DNA of 64,000 nucleotides from an uncultured Rickettsiales bacterium (GTDB lineage Bacteria; Myxococcota_A; UBA796; UBA9615; CAYRNR01): NCBI GenBank assembly GCA_964584075.1, contig CAZOYV010000001.1, positions 25,701 to 89,700 of the forward strand, read 5' to 3'. Shown piece by piece: positions 51,838 to 64,000 of this stretch (position 1 is its first letter; each line of letters starts with the position of its first letter). The notes under the pieces were generated by a model. It saw only the letters and a program-made list of their open reading frames with translations, ran no database searches and was not told where the DNA came from. The position numbers and the translations under genes were made by a program.

Positions 51838-53377
51838 AGATCACCCGCGGATCGCCCGGCCCGTGGAAGTCGCGCAGCTCCGCCTCGCGGGCGTACTGCA
51901 TCGACTCGTAGAACCGCCGCGTGGCGCGGTAGCTGTCCTTGCCCGAGGTGTCGACCTCGAGGTGCGTGGCGCCCAGCGCCCGGGCGCGGCGCTCGGTCTC
52001 GGCGAGCAGCACGCGGCCGATGCCCCGTCCGCGCAGCGAGCGTTGCACGGCGATCCAGTACAGGTCGAACCGCGACTCCGTCCCCGGGACCGGGCCGTAG
52101 CAGGTGAAGCCCACGAGCTCGCCCGCGAGGCGCGCCACGAGGAAGTGGTAGCCGCTGCGCGGCCCGCTCCGCACCGCCTCGTCGAAGACCTCCATCGCCA
52201 TCTGGATCTCGGCACGCGAGAAGGCGCGGTCGTCCTCCACGATCCAGCGGATCGCGCGCCGGTCCACGTCCTCGACGCCGTCGTCGAGCTGGAGGTCGCC
52301 GCGCGGCAGCCCACCGGCCGGCCTGGCCGGGGGCCGGGGCGGTACCTTGGCGGCGCCGGGGAGCCGGGGGTGCGGCCGGCGACGGGACGGCTCCGGGCCC
52401 ACCGCGGCGTCGACGATCATCCCGACCAGGTCCTCGTAGCCGTACCCCGCCTCGCTGGCCGCGGCGGCCAGGCCCGTGTCCGGCGACAGGCACGGGTTGG
52501 CGTTGACCTCGAGGATGAACGGCCCGCCCTCGCGCGAGACCCGGAAGTCGACGCGGGCGTACCCGCGCAGCCGGAACGCGTGGCAGCATTCCAGCGCCAG
52601 CTCGTCGAGCTCGGCGAGCAGCCGGCGGTCCTCCTCGCCGAACGCGAAGCTCCGCACGGTCCCGCGGTACTCCGGGGAGGCGTGGTGCCACTTGGCGCGG
52701 AAGCCGACGATGCGGGGCTTGCCCCGGGGGAACTGCTCGAACCGGATCTCGGCCGCCGGCAGCACCTGCCAGCCGCCCGGGCGCTGGACCAGCGAGAGGT
52801 TGAACTCCCGGCCGGCGACGTAGGTCTCCACGAACGCGGCGCCGCCGAGATCCTCGCGGCGCGCCTCGACGACCTCGCGGATCCGGGACGCCGCGTCGAC
52901 GGGCAGCACCGAGTCGTCGTCGAGGCCCACGGAGGCGTGCTCCCACACCGACTTGACGATCACCCGGTCCCCGGTCAGGGCACCCAGCGCCGGGGGGTGC
53001 TGGTCGTCGGACCAGTCCGGGACCGGGAGCCCGTGCAGGCGCATCCACGTCTTCGCGACCAGCTTGTTGGAGGTCAGGTACAGCGGGTCGGTCGGCGAGC
53101 CGGTGTAGGGCAGCCGCAGGTGGTCCAGCAGCGCCGGGACGAGGTGGACCAGCCGGCCCGTGCCCGCGAGGGTCTCCACCAGGTTGACCACCACGTCGGG
53201 CCGCGCCGCGAGGAGCTCGCGACGCACCCGGGCCAGGTCGAGATCGGCGGCCTGGCAGCGGACGTCGTGCCCGGCGGTGCGCAGCGCCCCGGCGACGGCC
53301 TCGGCCTGGACCAGCGTGTCCTGGTCGTCGGGGCCCGCGCCCGCGTCCACGCGGCTATGCAGTACGACGGCTCGCAT
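51809..53377 (-). CDS. Fusion of an ATP-grasp ligase (D-Ala-D-Ala ligase family) and a C-terminal GNAT N-acetyltransferase
   Basis: N-terminal pre-ATP-grasp/ATP-grasp blocks (LVAKTWMRLHGLPVPDW, FVETYVAGREFNLSL, RVDFRVSREGGPFILEVNANP). C-terminal GNAT (VGFTCYG...IAVQRSLRGRGIGRVLLAETERRARALG). Confidence 0.7.
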   Translation of the reverse strand: MRAVVLHSRVDAGAGPDDQDTLVQAEAVAGALRTAGHDVRCQAADLDLARVRRELLAARPDVVVNLVETLAGTGRLVHLVPALLDHLRLPYTGSPTDPLYLTSNKLVAKTWMRLHGLPVPDWSDDQHPPALGALTGDRVIVKSVWEHASVGLDDDSVLPVDAASRIREVVEARREDLGGAAFVETYVAGREFNLSLVQRPGGWQVLPAAEIRFEQFPRGKPRIVGFRAKWHHASPEYRGTVRSFAFGEEDRRLLAELDELALECCHAFRLRGYARVDFRVSREGGPFILEVNANPCLSPDTGLAAAASEAGYGYEDLVGMIVDAAVGPEPSRRRPHPRLPGAAKVPPRPPARPAGGLPRGDLQLDDGVEDVDRRAIRWIVEDDRAFSRAEIQMAMEVFDEAVRSGPRSGYHFLVARLAGELVGFTCYGPVPGTESRFDLYWIAVQRSLRGRGIGRVLLAETERRARALGATHLEVDTSGKDSYRATRRFYESMQYAREAELRDFHGPGDPRVIYGKPLSDRG

Positions 53378-54350
53378 CGACCACGCGCTCCCGGGCAGAC
53401 TCGACGATCGCGGAGATCAGGTCGTCGTACGACCAGTCGCACAGGCGACACAGGATCGGCAGGTCGGAGTGGACCGGGTTGAGGCCTGCCAGCGGGTTGA
53501 CCTCGACGAAGTTCGGCACCCCGTCCGCGTCCAGCCGCAGGTCGATCCGCCCTCCGTCCCGGCAGCCCAGCGCCCGCCATGCCAGCAGCGCGATCTCCCC
53601 CGCCCACTCGACGTCCTCGCCGCCCTGGGCCTGGGAGTAGTGCACGCGGTCGAGGTACTGGGCCTTGGTGTCGTACGAGTACACCGGCAGCACCCCCGGG
53701 TTGAAGTGCACCTCCAGCGCGCCGACGACCCGGGCGCGGTCGCCGGTCCCGACGACCCCGACGGTGTACTCCCGGCCCGGCAGGTACTGCTCGACGAGCA
53801 CCGGCTGGGCGTGCCGGGCGAGGAGCTCGGCGCACCGGGCCCGCAGCGCCCGGTCGTCCCGGATCACCGAGTCCGCGGAGATCCCCTTGCCCGTCCCCTC
53901 GGCGACCGGCTTGGCGAACACCGGGTACTCCAGGTCGAACCTCCCCAGATCCCGCAGGCTCTGCACGACCAGGAAGGGCGGCGTCGGCAGGCCGGCGTCG
54001 CGCACCACGCGCTTGCACATCCCCTTGTGCAGGCTCAGCGCGAGCACCATCGGGTCCGAGAAGGTGTACGGGATCTGGTACTCGTCCAGCAGGCACGGGA
54101 CCAGCGCCTCGCGCCCGAGGCCGAACATCCCCTCGGCGATGTTGAACACCAGGTCCCAGCGCCGGCCGTCGATCAGCGCCGCGATCAGCGCCCGGGCGCC
54201 GCCGATGCGCTCGACGTCGTGGCCCAGCCGCTCCAGCGACCCGGCGATGCCGTCGATGGTCTCGGGCGGATCGAACTCCGCCGTCTCCTCCAGCCCGAAG
54301 CCCCGCGCCAGGTAGTCCTGGCGCAGGTCGTAGGTCAGTCCGATCCTCAT
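53355..54350 (-). CDS. D-alanine--D-alanine ligase family ATP-grasp enzyme (stand-alone)
   Basis: Start MRIGLTYDL at about 54350. YPVFAKPVAEGTGKGIS, VLVEQYLPGREYTVGVVG and RIDLRLDADGVPNFVEVNPLAGL. Confidence 0.7.
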   Translation of the reverse strand: MRIGLTYDLRQDYLARGFGLEETAEFDPPETIDGIAGSLERLGHDVERIGGARALIAALIDGRRWDLVFNIAEGMFGLGREALVPCLLDEYQIPYTFSDPMVLALSLHKGMCKRVVRDAGLPTPPFLVVQSLRDLGRFDLEYPVFAKPVAEGTGKGISADSVIRDDRALRARCAELLARHAQPVLVEQYLPGREYTVGVVGTGDRARVVGALEVHFNPGVLPVYSYDTKAQYLDRVHYSQAQGGEDVEWAGEIALLAWRALGCRDGGRIDLRLDADGVPNFVEVNPLAGLNPVHSDLPILCRLCDWSYDDLISAIVESARERVVDASRRTA

Positions 54351-55432
54351 GGGCACGCTCCCGGGCGGTGGTCCGGGTAGCGGAACCGGCCCCCGGCGAA
54401 GTTGGTCAGCAGCAGGTCGCCGCCCTCGTGGCCGAGGCAGTAGTCCGGCATCACCGGGATCTTCCCTCCGCCACCGGGGGCGTCGACGACGAACGTCGGC
54501 ACCGCGTACCCCGAGACGAAGCCGCGCAGCGACCGCACGATCTCCACCCCCCGGGACACCGGGGTGCGGAAGTGCGCCGAGCCCGGGATCGGGTCGCACT
54601 GGTACAGGTAGTAGGGCCGCACGCGGCAGCGCAGCAGCCCCAGCATCAGCGCGCGCATGGTCTCCGGATCGTCGTTGACCCCGCTCAGCAGGACCGTCTG
54701 GGAGCCCAGCGGGATGCCCGCGTCGGCGAGGCGCTCGCAGGCCTCCCGGGCCTCGGCGGTCAGCTCGGCGGGGTGGGTGAAGTGGACGCTGATCCACAGC
54801 GGATGGTGGCGCCGCAGCACCTTCACCAGGCTGGCGGTGATCCGCTGGGGCAGCACGGCGGGGACCTTGGTCCCGATGCGCACCAGCTCCACGTGGGGGA
54901 TGGCGCGCAGCTCCCCGAGCAGCCACGCCAGCGCGTCGTCCTCGAGCACCAGCGGATCGCCGCCGGAGACCAGCACGTCGCGGATCTCGGGCCGCGAGCG
55001 GATGTAGGCCAGGCAGCGCTCCAGGTGCCGCCGCCCCCGGGCCCCGGCCCCGCGGCCCACGAGGCGCGATCGCGTGCAGTAGCGGCAGTACGTCGCGCAG
55101 CGGTCGGTCGCCAGCAGCAGCACGCGATCGGGGTAGCGGTGGACCAGCCCCGGCAGCGGGCTGTGCCGCTCCTCGTCCAGGGGGTCCGCGGCCTCGCCCG
55201 GCCCCCACAGCGCCTCCTGCGCCGTGGGGATCACGCACCGCCGGATCGGATCGTCCTCCGCGCCGCGCTCGATCAGCGCCAGGTAGTAGGGCGTCACCGC
55301 GAACGGGAGCGCCCCGTGGTGGCCGGCGATCGCCGCGTGCTCCTCGGGGCGCAGCTCGAGCACCGCCTCGAGCTCGCGGGGCCGGCGTATGCGGTGGGCC
55401 CACTGCCAGCGCCAGTCGCGCCACTGTCGCAT
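54347..55432 (-). CDS. kamA: Lysine 2,3-aminomutase (KamA family radical SAM/PLP enzyme)
   Basis: Start MRQWRDWRWQWAHRIRRPRELE at about 55432. CATYCRYCTRS (the KamA CxxxCxxC variant), VLVSGGDPL and the KamA C-terminal region. 361 aa. Confidence 0.8.
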   Translation of the reverse strand: MRQWRDWRWQWAHRIRRPRELEAVLELRPEEHAAIAGHHGALPFAVTPYYLALIERGAEDDPIRRCVIPTAQEALWGPGEAADPLDEERHSPLPGLVHRYPDRVLLLATDRCATYCRYCTRSRLVGRGAGARGRRHLERCLAYIRSRPEIRDVLVSGGDPLVLEDDALAWLLGELRAIPHVELVRIGTKVPAVLPQRITASLVKVLRRHHPLWISVHFTHPAELTAEAREACERLADAGIPLGSQTVLLSGVNDDPETMRALMLGLLRCRVRPYYLYQCDPIPGSAHFRTPVSRGVEIVRSLRGFVSGYAVPTFVVDAPGGGGKIPVMPDYCLGHEGGDLLLTNFAGGRFRYPDHRPGACP

Positions 55433-55518
55433 CGTGGGTACGCCCCTCGGCCGCCGCGCCGGCGACCGGGGAGCGTACCCGGCCGTTTCCGGAGGGCCTC
55501 CCACCTCCTGCGCCGTCG

Positions 55519-55827
55519 TCAGGCCAGCCACCGGCGGGCTCCCTCGGACCGTGCGAGCTCCTGCGCCGCGGCCCACTCGTCGTACCCGACGAACTCGCGG
55601 TACTCGGACAGCCGCAGCACGGTCCTCCGGCCGTCGTCCCACACCCGCCCGCTGGCCTGGACCCGCAGGTCCAGCAGGTCCAGCAGCTCCCCCGCACGCT
55701 TGCCTGGTTCCACGATGTACTCGTCTCCGCACTTGGTCGTGATGCAGACCGTCTCGACGTGGTCGTCCCACAGGGCGAGCGAGACCGTGCCCACGATCGA
55801 GACCTTGCGCTGGTGGTTCTCCGTCAC
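55519..55827 (-). CDS. Small hypothetical protein (about 102 aa), first gene of the sigma-54 operon
   Basis: GTG at about 55827 with AGGAG 8 nt upstream (aggagcggccaccGTG). VTENHQRKVSIVGTVSLALWDDHVETVCITTKCGDEYIVEPGKRAGELLDLLDLRVQ... The track's upstream ATG lies inside the sigma-54 promoter and is therefore unlikely to be the start. Confidence 0.4.
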   Translation of the reverse strand: MTENHQRKVSIVGTVSLALWDDHVETVCITTKCGDEYIVEPGKRAGELLDLLDLRVQASGRVWDDGRRTVLRLSEYREFVGYDEWAAAQELARSEGARRWLA

Positions 55828-55867
55828 GGTGGCCGCTCCTCGCGTTCCCGTCGGATTCCCATCCATG

Positions 55868-55883
55868 TGCATCGGCCGTGCCA
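55868..55883 (-). promoter_or_regulatory. Sigma-54 (RpoN) -24/-12 promoter
   Basis: The minus strand reads TGGCACGgccgATGCA against the consensus TGGCACG-N4-TTGCA. GG and GC have exact 12-nt spacing, giving a 15/16 match. The predicted +1 is about 12 nt downstream, giving a leader that contains the AGGAG RBS of the small ORF. The NtrC-type activator gene lies immediately upstream. Confidence 0.55.
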
Positions 55884-56042
55884 ACGGGCGCGGACGACGG
55901 AGAACGTCGCCATGGGTGGGTCTGGCGGCCGGGGCCGGCCCCCCCGGCGCGTCTCGACGGCCGGTCGCGAGGGAACCGCGCGTTCCCTCTGCGCGGTGGG
56001 AGTGAACTCGCGGTTCCCTCCCGCCGGCTCCGCGGGCGGGGG

Positions 56043-57455
<1,413 letters not shown>

Positions 57456-57599
57456 CGCCGCACCACCCCGGGGACTACAGGCTCGCCAGCTCCTGGTTGT
57501 CGAACCGGCGGCGATAGTACCGCATGTAGTTTACCTTCCGTTCGAGCGATCGGATCACGGGGATCGCGAAGTCCACTCCCCCGAACCTGCGGCCGTGGC

Positions 57600-58499
57600 T
57601 CAGTCCGGCCAGGGCTCGCCCTCCTCGTGGAGGATCTCGGCGCCGTCGAGGATCGTGCCCTCGTAGGTCAGGATCGGCGCCAGCGTGGGGTCCTCGAGCA
57701 CGTCGAGGATCTCCCGCAGCTGGCCGTCGATCCAGGTCATCTCCCACACCAGCCGCACGCCGTGGCTGTAGTCGGCGTAGCGGTACCCGTGGACCGTGCT
57801 CAGCGGCTGGATCGGGTCCCCCTCGGACCAGTGCCAGCCGTAGATCGCGATGCGGTCGTCGCGATCGGTCAGGCGCCCGGAGAGCACGACGTCCTTCTTG
57901 TGCCCCGAGACCAGCGCCGCCAGCGGCATCCCCGGACGCTGCTCGTCGATCCGCCGCTGGTGCTCCAGGTAGTAGACGCTGGAGCGCATCCGCGGGCCGG
58001 GCTCCATCGGGATCGGCGAGAACTGGAACGCCGCCTGGGCGTAGATCGCGTCCACCATCTTGCACGTCGGCAGCACGAACCCCCACTCGCGGGCCACGGT
58101 GGTCGCGGACGGCATCGTCAGAGGCAGGTACAGGAAGTCGTCGTCGGCGCCCACCGAGAGGTAGTCGGGCATCACCCAGATCGTCGCCTCCCGGGTGGTC
58201 CCCGCGCCGTCGGTGTGGCTCAGGGTCACGGGGACGAGATCCCGCAGGAACTCGGGCACGTTGCCGGCCAGCAGCTCCTCCACCGCGGCGGCCTGGCGCG
58301 CGCGGCCCCTCCAGCCGACGGTGTAGTTGCCGAACTCCGTGCCGGTGAAGGCGTCGTGCTCCCGCGGCGGGATCGCGTCGGCGTGGACCTCCTGGGGCGG
58401 GGTGGCGGGCGCGGGCCTGCGTGCGGTGGGACCTCCGCCGGCCGCGGGCTGCCCGGCGGCACAGAGCAGCAGCAGGGACGCGAGCAGGGCCGGGTGCAT
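57600..58499 (-). CDS. Secreted hypothetical protein
   Basis: Likely start MHPALLASLLLLCAAGQPAAGG (signal peptide) at about 58499. The track ORF extends further upstream through Arg-rich sequence. Confidence 0.4.
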   Translation of the reverse strand: MHPALLASLLLLCAAGQPAAGGGPTARRPAPATPPQEVHADAIPPREHDAFTGTEFGNYTVGWRGRARQAAAVEELLAGNVPEFLRDLVPVTLSHTDGAGTTREATIWVMPDYLSVGADDDFLYLPLTMPSATTVAREWGFVLPTCKMVDAIYAQAAFQFSPIPMEPGPRMRSSVYYLEHQRRIDEQRPGMPLAALVSGHKKDVVLSGRLTDRDDRIAIYGWHWSEGDPIQPLSTVHGYRYADYSHGVRLVWEMTWIDGQLREILDVLEDPTLAPILTYEGTILDGAEILHEEGEPWPD

Positions 58500-58743
58500 C
58501 GGGCCTCCAGCACCGCCCCGAACCGCGGCGCCATGGCGTGCCATCTGCCGCATCTTGCCACGGCGCGTGCCCGCCGCAAGCCGCGGACCGCGCGACCGCC
58601 CGTCGTGGACCCCACGACACCGGGTTCGGGACCCGCACGACGTGGAGTTCGCTCGGCCACCCACGGCGGGCGAGGCCTCGTGGCGCGATCGTGGTCGTGA
58701 GGCGGGCCGGCCGGAGGCTGGCCCAGGATCGGGAGGAGCCGAG

Positions 58744-60672
58744 GTGCGGGAGCCCGGGAGCTGGAGGCGACGGAGGGCCCGTGGCGCGGCGCTGGCCGGG
58801 CTGGTCGCGGTGGCGCTGGTGTGGGGTTGCCGCGACGAGCCGCCGGAGGCCCCGGAGCCGGTGTGGACGGTCCCGCGGCCGCTGGAGGAGGTCGTCGTCG
58901 GCCCCGAGGGGCTGGCGCAGGCGACGGTGGACCCGGCGTCGGACGTGGCGGTGGACGGCCACTACCACGAGGTGCTCGCCAACCAGTGGGAGACCTACGC
59001 CGAGGCCCGCCCCAAGACGGCGCTGGAGCTGCAGCCGGTGCGCTCGACGTGCACGATGCCGATCCACACCGCGGCCGGGCGCGAGGGCGTCGCGACGCTG
59101 ATCGACCTGCAGCCGGCGGTCGCCCGCTGGTACGTGCTGCGGCTGGAGTGGGTCGGGGGCGGGGACCCCGAGGTGTACCACCTGGAGAACCCCTACCCCG
59201 GCGAGCAGCGCATCGACCTCGACGGCGGGGGCCAGGGCCTGGTCGTGGTGCGCGACGACGAGGCCATCCCGTGCGAGCTGTGGGGCGAGGGGCCGCCCAG
59301 CGTGCTGGGCCAGGCCCGCTCCGAGCGCTGGCCGTTCGAGTGGCTGTGCGACGAGCGCGTGCTGCTGCGCACCGCCACCGTCGGGCGCCGTACCAAGAAG
59401 GAGATGGCGGCGGACTTCCTGCGCGACCACGTCTGGGGCGGCGAGAAGATCACCACCGTGACCCGCGACACCGTGTTCGCCGGCTCGTACCGCAAGGAGG
59501 GGGTGCTCGCCGACGAGCGCGCCGGTGTGGCCGCCGGCGGGACGGGCACCCCGCGCCCGCCCGTGCTGGAGGCGGCCGCCGCGGACCGGCTGCTCGAGCC
59601 GATGGGGCTGGGCCTGGGCGTGGACCGCGAGACGGGCGGCGAGCTGGCCCAGGGCCGGTGGTACGAGCTCACCGGCGCGCCGGGGGTGTTCGTCAGCGCG
59701 CTGCGGCCCGACGCGGTGGCCCAGGAGATCGTCGACCGCCAGGCGCCGTACGTGGCGCAGCTCGACAGCAAGGAGCGCTCCGCGCTGGTGTACGTGGTGG
59801 CCTTCGATCTGGCCCGCCACGACCTGGGCTTCGCGCTGGGCACCGAGCACCCGCGGGTGGGGTGGTCCGAGCGGGCGGGGGCCGCGGTGCGCGATCCGGC
59901 CCTGCCGGGGCCGGACGGGATCGGCACCGTCTCGCCGCTGGTGCGCACCGGGATGCTCGACCCGGTGCAGGCCGAGCGGGTCGTGGCGACCTTCACCGGC
60001 GGCTACAAGCGCTCCCACGGGGCGTTCAAGTCGGGGGCGCTGTCGAAGCTGAACGGCGGGAGCCACTACGGGTTCATCGAGCAGGGTGCGGTCCTGAGCA
60101 AGCTGCAGCCGGGGCTGTCGACCCTCGCCGTCGACCTGGACGGCCAGGTCACCCTCGGGACCTGGACCGCGGAGCAGGACGCCGGCCTGGCGCGGATCCG
60201 CCACGCGCGGCAGAACGGCGTGCCGCTGCTGGAGCGGGACGCGGCCAGCGGCGAGGTCCGCCCCGGGGCGCTGGTGACCCGCTGGGGCGACGGCAACTGG
60301 TCCGGCTCGGAGGACAAGAAGCTGCGCACGCTGCGCGCCGGGACCTGCCTGCAGGACGGCCCGGAGGGGTCGTTCCTGCTCTACGGCTACTTCTCCGCGG
60401 CCACGCCGTCGGCGATGGCGCGGGTGTTGGAGGCCTACGGCGCGTGCCCCGCGTCGGTCGTCCCACGACAGGCCGCCATGCCCCCCACGACAGCGATTTC
60501 CCTGGCGGCCCGACCCCTCCGGCGGCAGGGAGCTGGCAACCTCGAGGGAGAGGTCCGCGCCCACCGGAACGGGCCCCGAGCCCGGCGCCCGGACCGCGCG
60601 GACCCCGCCACCGAGGAGTCGCCATGGCGCACAAGCTCGCTGGAGTCTGGATCGACCGCTACCACGCGGTGA
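58744..60672 (+). CDS. Putative lipoprotein of unknown function (about 640 aa)
   Basis: GTG at about 58744, preceded by GGAGGAG. The signal/lipobox reads AALAGLVAVALVWGC. The C-terminal approximately 60 aa are low-complexity and overlap the next small ORF, so the 3' end may be wrong or frameshifted. Confidence 0.4.
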   Translation: MREPGSWRRRRARGAALAGLVAVALVWGCRDEPPEAPEPVWTVPRPLEEVVVGPEGLAQATVDPASDVAVDGHYHEVLANQWETYAEARPKTALELQPVRSTCTMPIHTAAGREGVATLIDLQPAVARWYVLRLEWVGGGDPEVYHLENPYPGEQRIDLDGGGQGLVVVRDDEAIPCELWGEGPPSVLGQARSERWPFEWLCDERVLLRTATVGRRTKKEMAADFLRDHVWGGEKITTVTRDTVFAGSYRKEGVLADERAGVAAGGTGTPRPPVLEAAAADRLLEPMGLGLGVDRETGGELAQGRWYELTGAPGVFVSALRPDAVAQEIVDRQAPYVAQLDSKERSALVYVVAFDLARHDLGFALGTEHPRVGWSERAGAAVRDPALPGPDGIGTVSPLVRTGMLDPVQAERVVATFTGGYKRSHGAFKSGALSKLNGGSHYGFIEQGAVLSKLQPGLSTLAVDLDGQVTLGTWTAEQDAGLARIRHARQNGVPLLERDAASGEVRPGALVTRWGDGNWSGSEDKKLRTLRAGTCLQDGPEGSFLLYGYFSAATPSAMARVLEAYGACPASVVPRQAAMPPTTAISLAARPLRRQGAGNLEGEVRAHRNGPRARRPDRADPATEESPWRTSSLESGSTATTR

Positions 60673-61058
60673 TCGTCCGCCTCGACGGCCGCGTGTCCGA
60701 CGTGCAGGTGTTGCTCTCGGGCCTCTCCTCCGCGAGCGTACGCCCGGTCGGCGATCGCGCCCGCCCGGGACGGGGACGCGGTGAGGTCACGCGGGAGCGC
60801 GACGATCAGCAGCTCCGTGAGCAGCGCCTGCGCCGCTACTTCGGGAACGTCGCGTCACGGCTGGCCGGGTTCGACGGGGTGGTCGTGTTCGGTCCCGGCC
60901 TGGCCAAGCACCACTTCGCCCGCGCGGCCGCCCGCCGGGAGGTCCCCATCGCCGGGGTGTACACCGCGGGGCCGATGTCGGACGAGCGGCTCGTGGACGA
61001 GGCGCGGCGGTTCTTCCGGTCCCGGGACGAGCCCAGCCAGGGCGGCGTGGCCCTGTAG
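60626..61058 (+). CDS. Small hypothetical protein (144 aa)
   Basis: MAHKLAGVWIDRYHAVIVRLDGRV...GVVVFGPGLAKHHFARAAARREVPIAGVYTAGPMSDERLVDEARRFF. There is a vague resemblance to host-attachment-protein-like small proteins. Not assignable. Confidence 0.3.
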
Positions 61059-61127
61059 CGCCTCGCCCCGAGCGGACCCGCAGCGCCGCCCGCGCGGCCT
61101 CGTGTCCCGGCCCCTTCGTTCCGTCGC

Positions 61128-61823
61128 TCAACGATCCAGCGAGGCCAGCAGCACGAACACGGGCAGCTGGAAGTCCAGCAGGTAGTGGGCCGCGGCGAGG
61201 TAGCGTAGCGTGGTCGGGCGGCGGTCCACGACCCACGCCAGCCACAGCGCGAACGGCAGGAACATCAGCACCCGCCACGCCAGGTAGCGGCCGTCGATCA
61301 GCAGCGGCAGGACCCCGTGCTGCGCGGCCAGCACCCCCGCGCACAGCAGCAACGGCCAGACCCGACGGCCCGCGAGCACCTGCAGGCGGGGCATCACGTA
61401 GCCGTAGTAGGTCGGCAGCTCGGTGAGCGCGTGGATCGCCGGGAACCCCACCAGGATCGCGATCGCCCCGGCGACGGGTAGCGGCCGGAACAGCAGGTCG
61501 GCGCCGACCTGCGGGTCCCCCCACAGGGCCAGCCCGAGCAGCACGTTGGGTGCCACCGCCAGGGGCGCGCTGACCACCAGCGCCAGGACCAGCCAGCCCA
61601 GGTCCCGCCGCCACTCCCCTCCGCGGACGGCGAGCAGGTCGCGATAGCGCAGCCCCTCGCGCCGCAGCAGCCACCCCAGCAGGGCCAGGTTGACGACCTC
61701 CGCCAGCGCAAAGCTGCCCATCCACCAGGCGGCCGCGGCGCGCCACGGATCGGCGACGCCCGCGATCCAGTGGCCGAGGGCGAGCAGGGCCTGGGCGGCG
61801 AGCGCCAGCCCGGGCCGCAGCGC
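61128..61823 (-). CDS. CPBP/CAAX-type intramembrane protease-like membrane protein (weak)
   Basis: Likely start MLALRPGLALAAQALL. Hydrophobic throughout, with ALAEVVNLALLGWLLRRE (an EExxxR-like motif). The track ORF N-terminal 130 aa is Arg/Pro-rich, probably not translated. Confidence 0.4.
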   Translation of the reverse strand, partial: ALRPGLALAAQALLALGHWIAGVADPWRAAAAWWMGSFALAEVVNLALLGWLLRREGLRYRDLLAVRGGEWRRDLGWLVLALVVSAPLAVAPNVLLGLALWGDPQVGADLLFRPLPVAGAIAILVGFPAIHALTELPTYYGYVMPRLQVLAGRRVWPLLLCAGVLAAQHGVLPLLIDGRYLAWRVLMFLPFALWLAWVVDRRPTTLRYLAAAHYLLDFQLPVFVLLASLDR

Positions 61824-62321
61824 CAGCATGGTCCAGACCCTCCCTGCGGGGAGCGCCTCGCGGATCGCCCGGCGGGCGATGGCGATCCGCTGGTTCGGGA
61901 GCGGCGGGGGGACGCCGCGGCTGGCCGCACCGCCACGCAGGACGGCAGGGCGCGCCCAGCCGAGGGGCCGATCTCGATCCCTGTGCTCGCCTGGCACCGG
62001 CGCCCCGCCCTGGCGGTCGCTAGCCCGTGACCGGGATCTGCCGCGGCCTCGCGGCCGCGCCGGCCTTCTTCTGGATATCGGTGGCCATCGTCTCGTCCTC
62101 CCTCGTCCCCGAGGGCGCCCCCGGGCCGGGCGGGAAGTCGCCCGAGCGGTCGTGGACAGCTTCGCAGCGGGCCCCGGCGGAGTCCGTCGTGCGCTGCTCG
62201 ATTGGAGTGCAAGCGAAATCACGACGGTCTGTCGTGCGCCGCACCTCCCCGGATTCGGGCCGTCTCCGACTCGACCGATCGGCGCGGTCCGCTTCGCCCC
62301 GATCGGGGCGCAGGCGCCGGG

Positions 62322-64000
<1,679 letters not shown>

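Overview
This is a 64 kb, high-GC (about 70%+) bacterial chromosomal segment with Gram-negative hallmarks: lipobox lipoproteins, a sigma-54 enhancer-binding protein, a Flp pilin and MscL/MscS channels. The composition and gene content resemble Myxococcota or Anaeromyxobacter-like Deltaproteobacteria; that placement is inference only. I call about 50 protein-coding genes, using the protein families recognisable in the six-frame track. Many long antisense or off-frame ORFs in the track are GC artefacts and are rejected. I found no rRNA, tRNA, CRISPR array, transposase or integrase.

Main findings:
- Two genes contain a single in-frame TGA that aligns with a conserved active-site Cys/Sec position: a PrdB/GrdB-family reductase-B homologue and a HesB/IscA-like protein. 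Each TGA is followed 11 nt later by a 7-bp hairpin with a G/U apical loop, which fits the bacterial SECIS model.
- A sigma-54-driven operon sits next to its NtrC-type activator, with a near-consensus -24/-12 promoter. It encodes a small protein, lysine 2,3-aminomutase, two D-Ala-D-Ala-ligase-like ATP-grasp enzymes (one fused to GNAT) and a SAM methyltransferase. I read this as a candidate beta-lysine-derived peptide or osmolyte pathway.
- A four-gene operon combines a fold-type-II PLP enzyme, a DUF1611 protein, an unusual PP-loop ATPase-creatininase fusion and an enolase-superfamily dipeptide epimerase.
- A paralogue-rich block holds an unassigned ~1140-aa protein, a metallophosphoesterase and three PEP-synthase-N-terminal-like (PPDK_N) proteins, one carrying GAF and nucleotidyltransferase domains, followed by gdhA.
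- Three tandem CCG/4Fe-4S paralogues lie in a row.
- A perfectly conserved 29-30-nt AT-rich element occurs three times; two copies sit 2-4 nt upstream of ATG start codons.
- There are several repeat-containing secreted or Cys-rich acidic proteins.

Coordinates derived by hand may be off by 1-3 nt.
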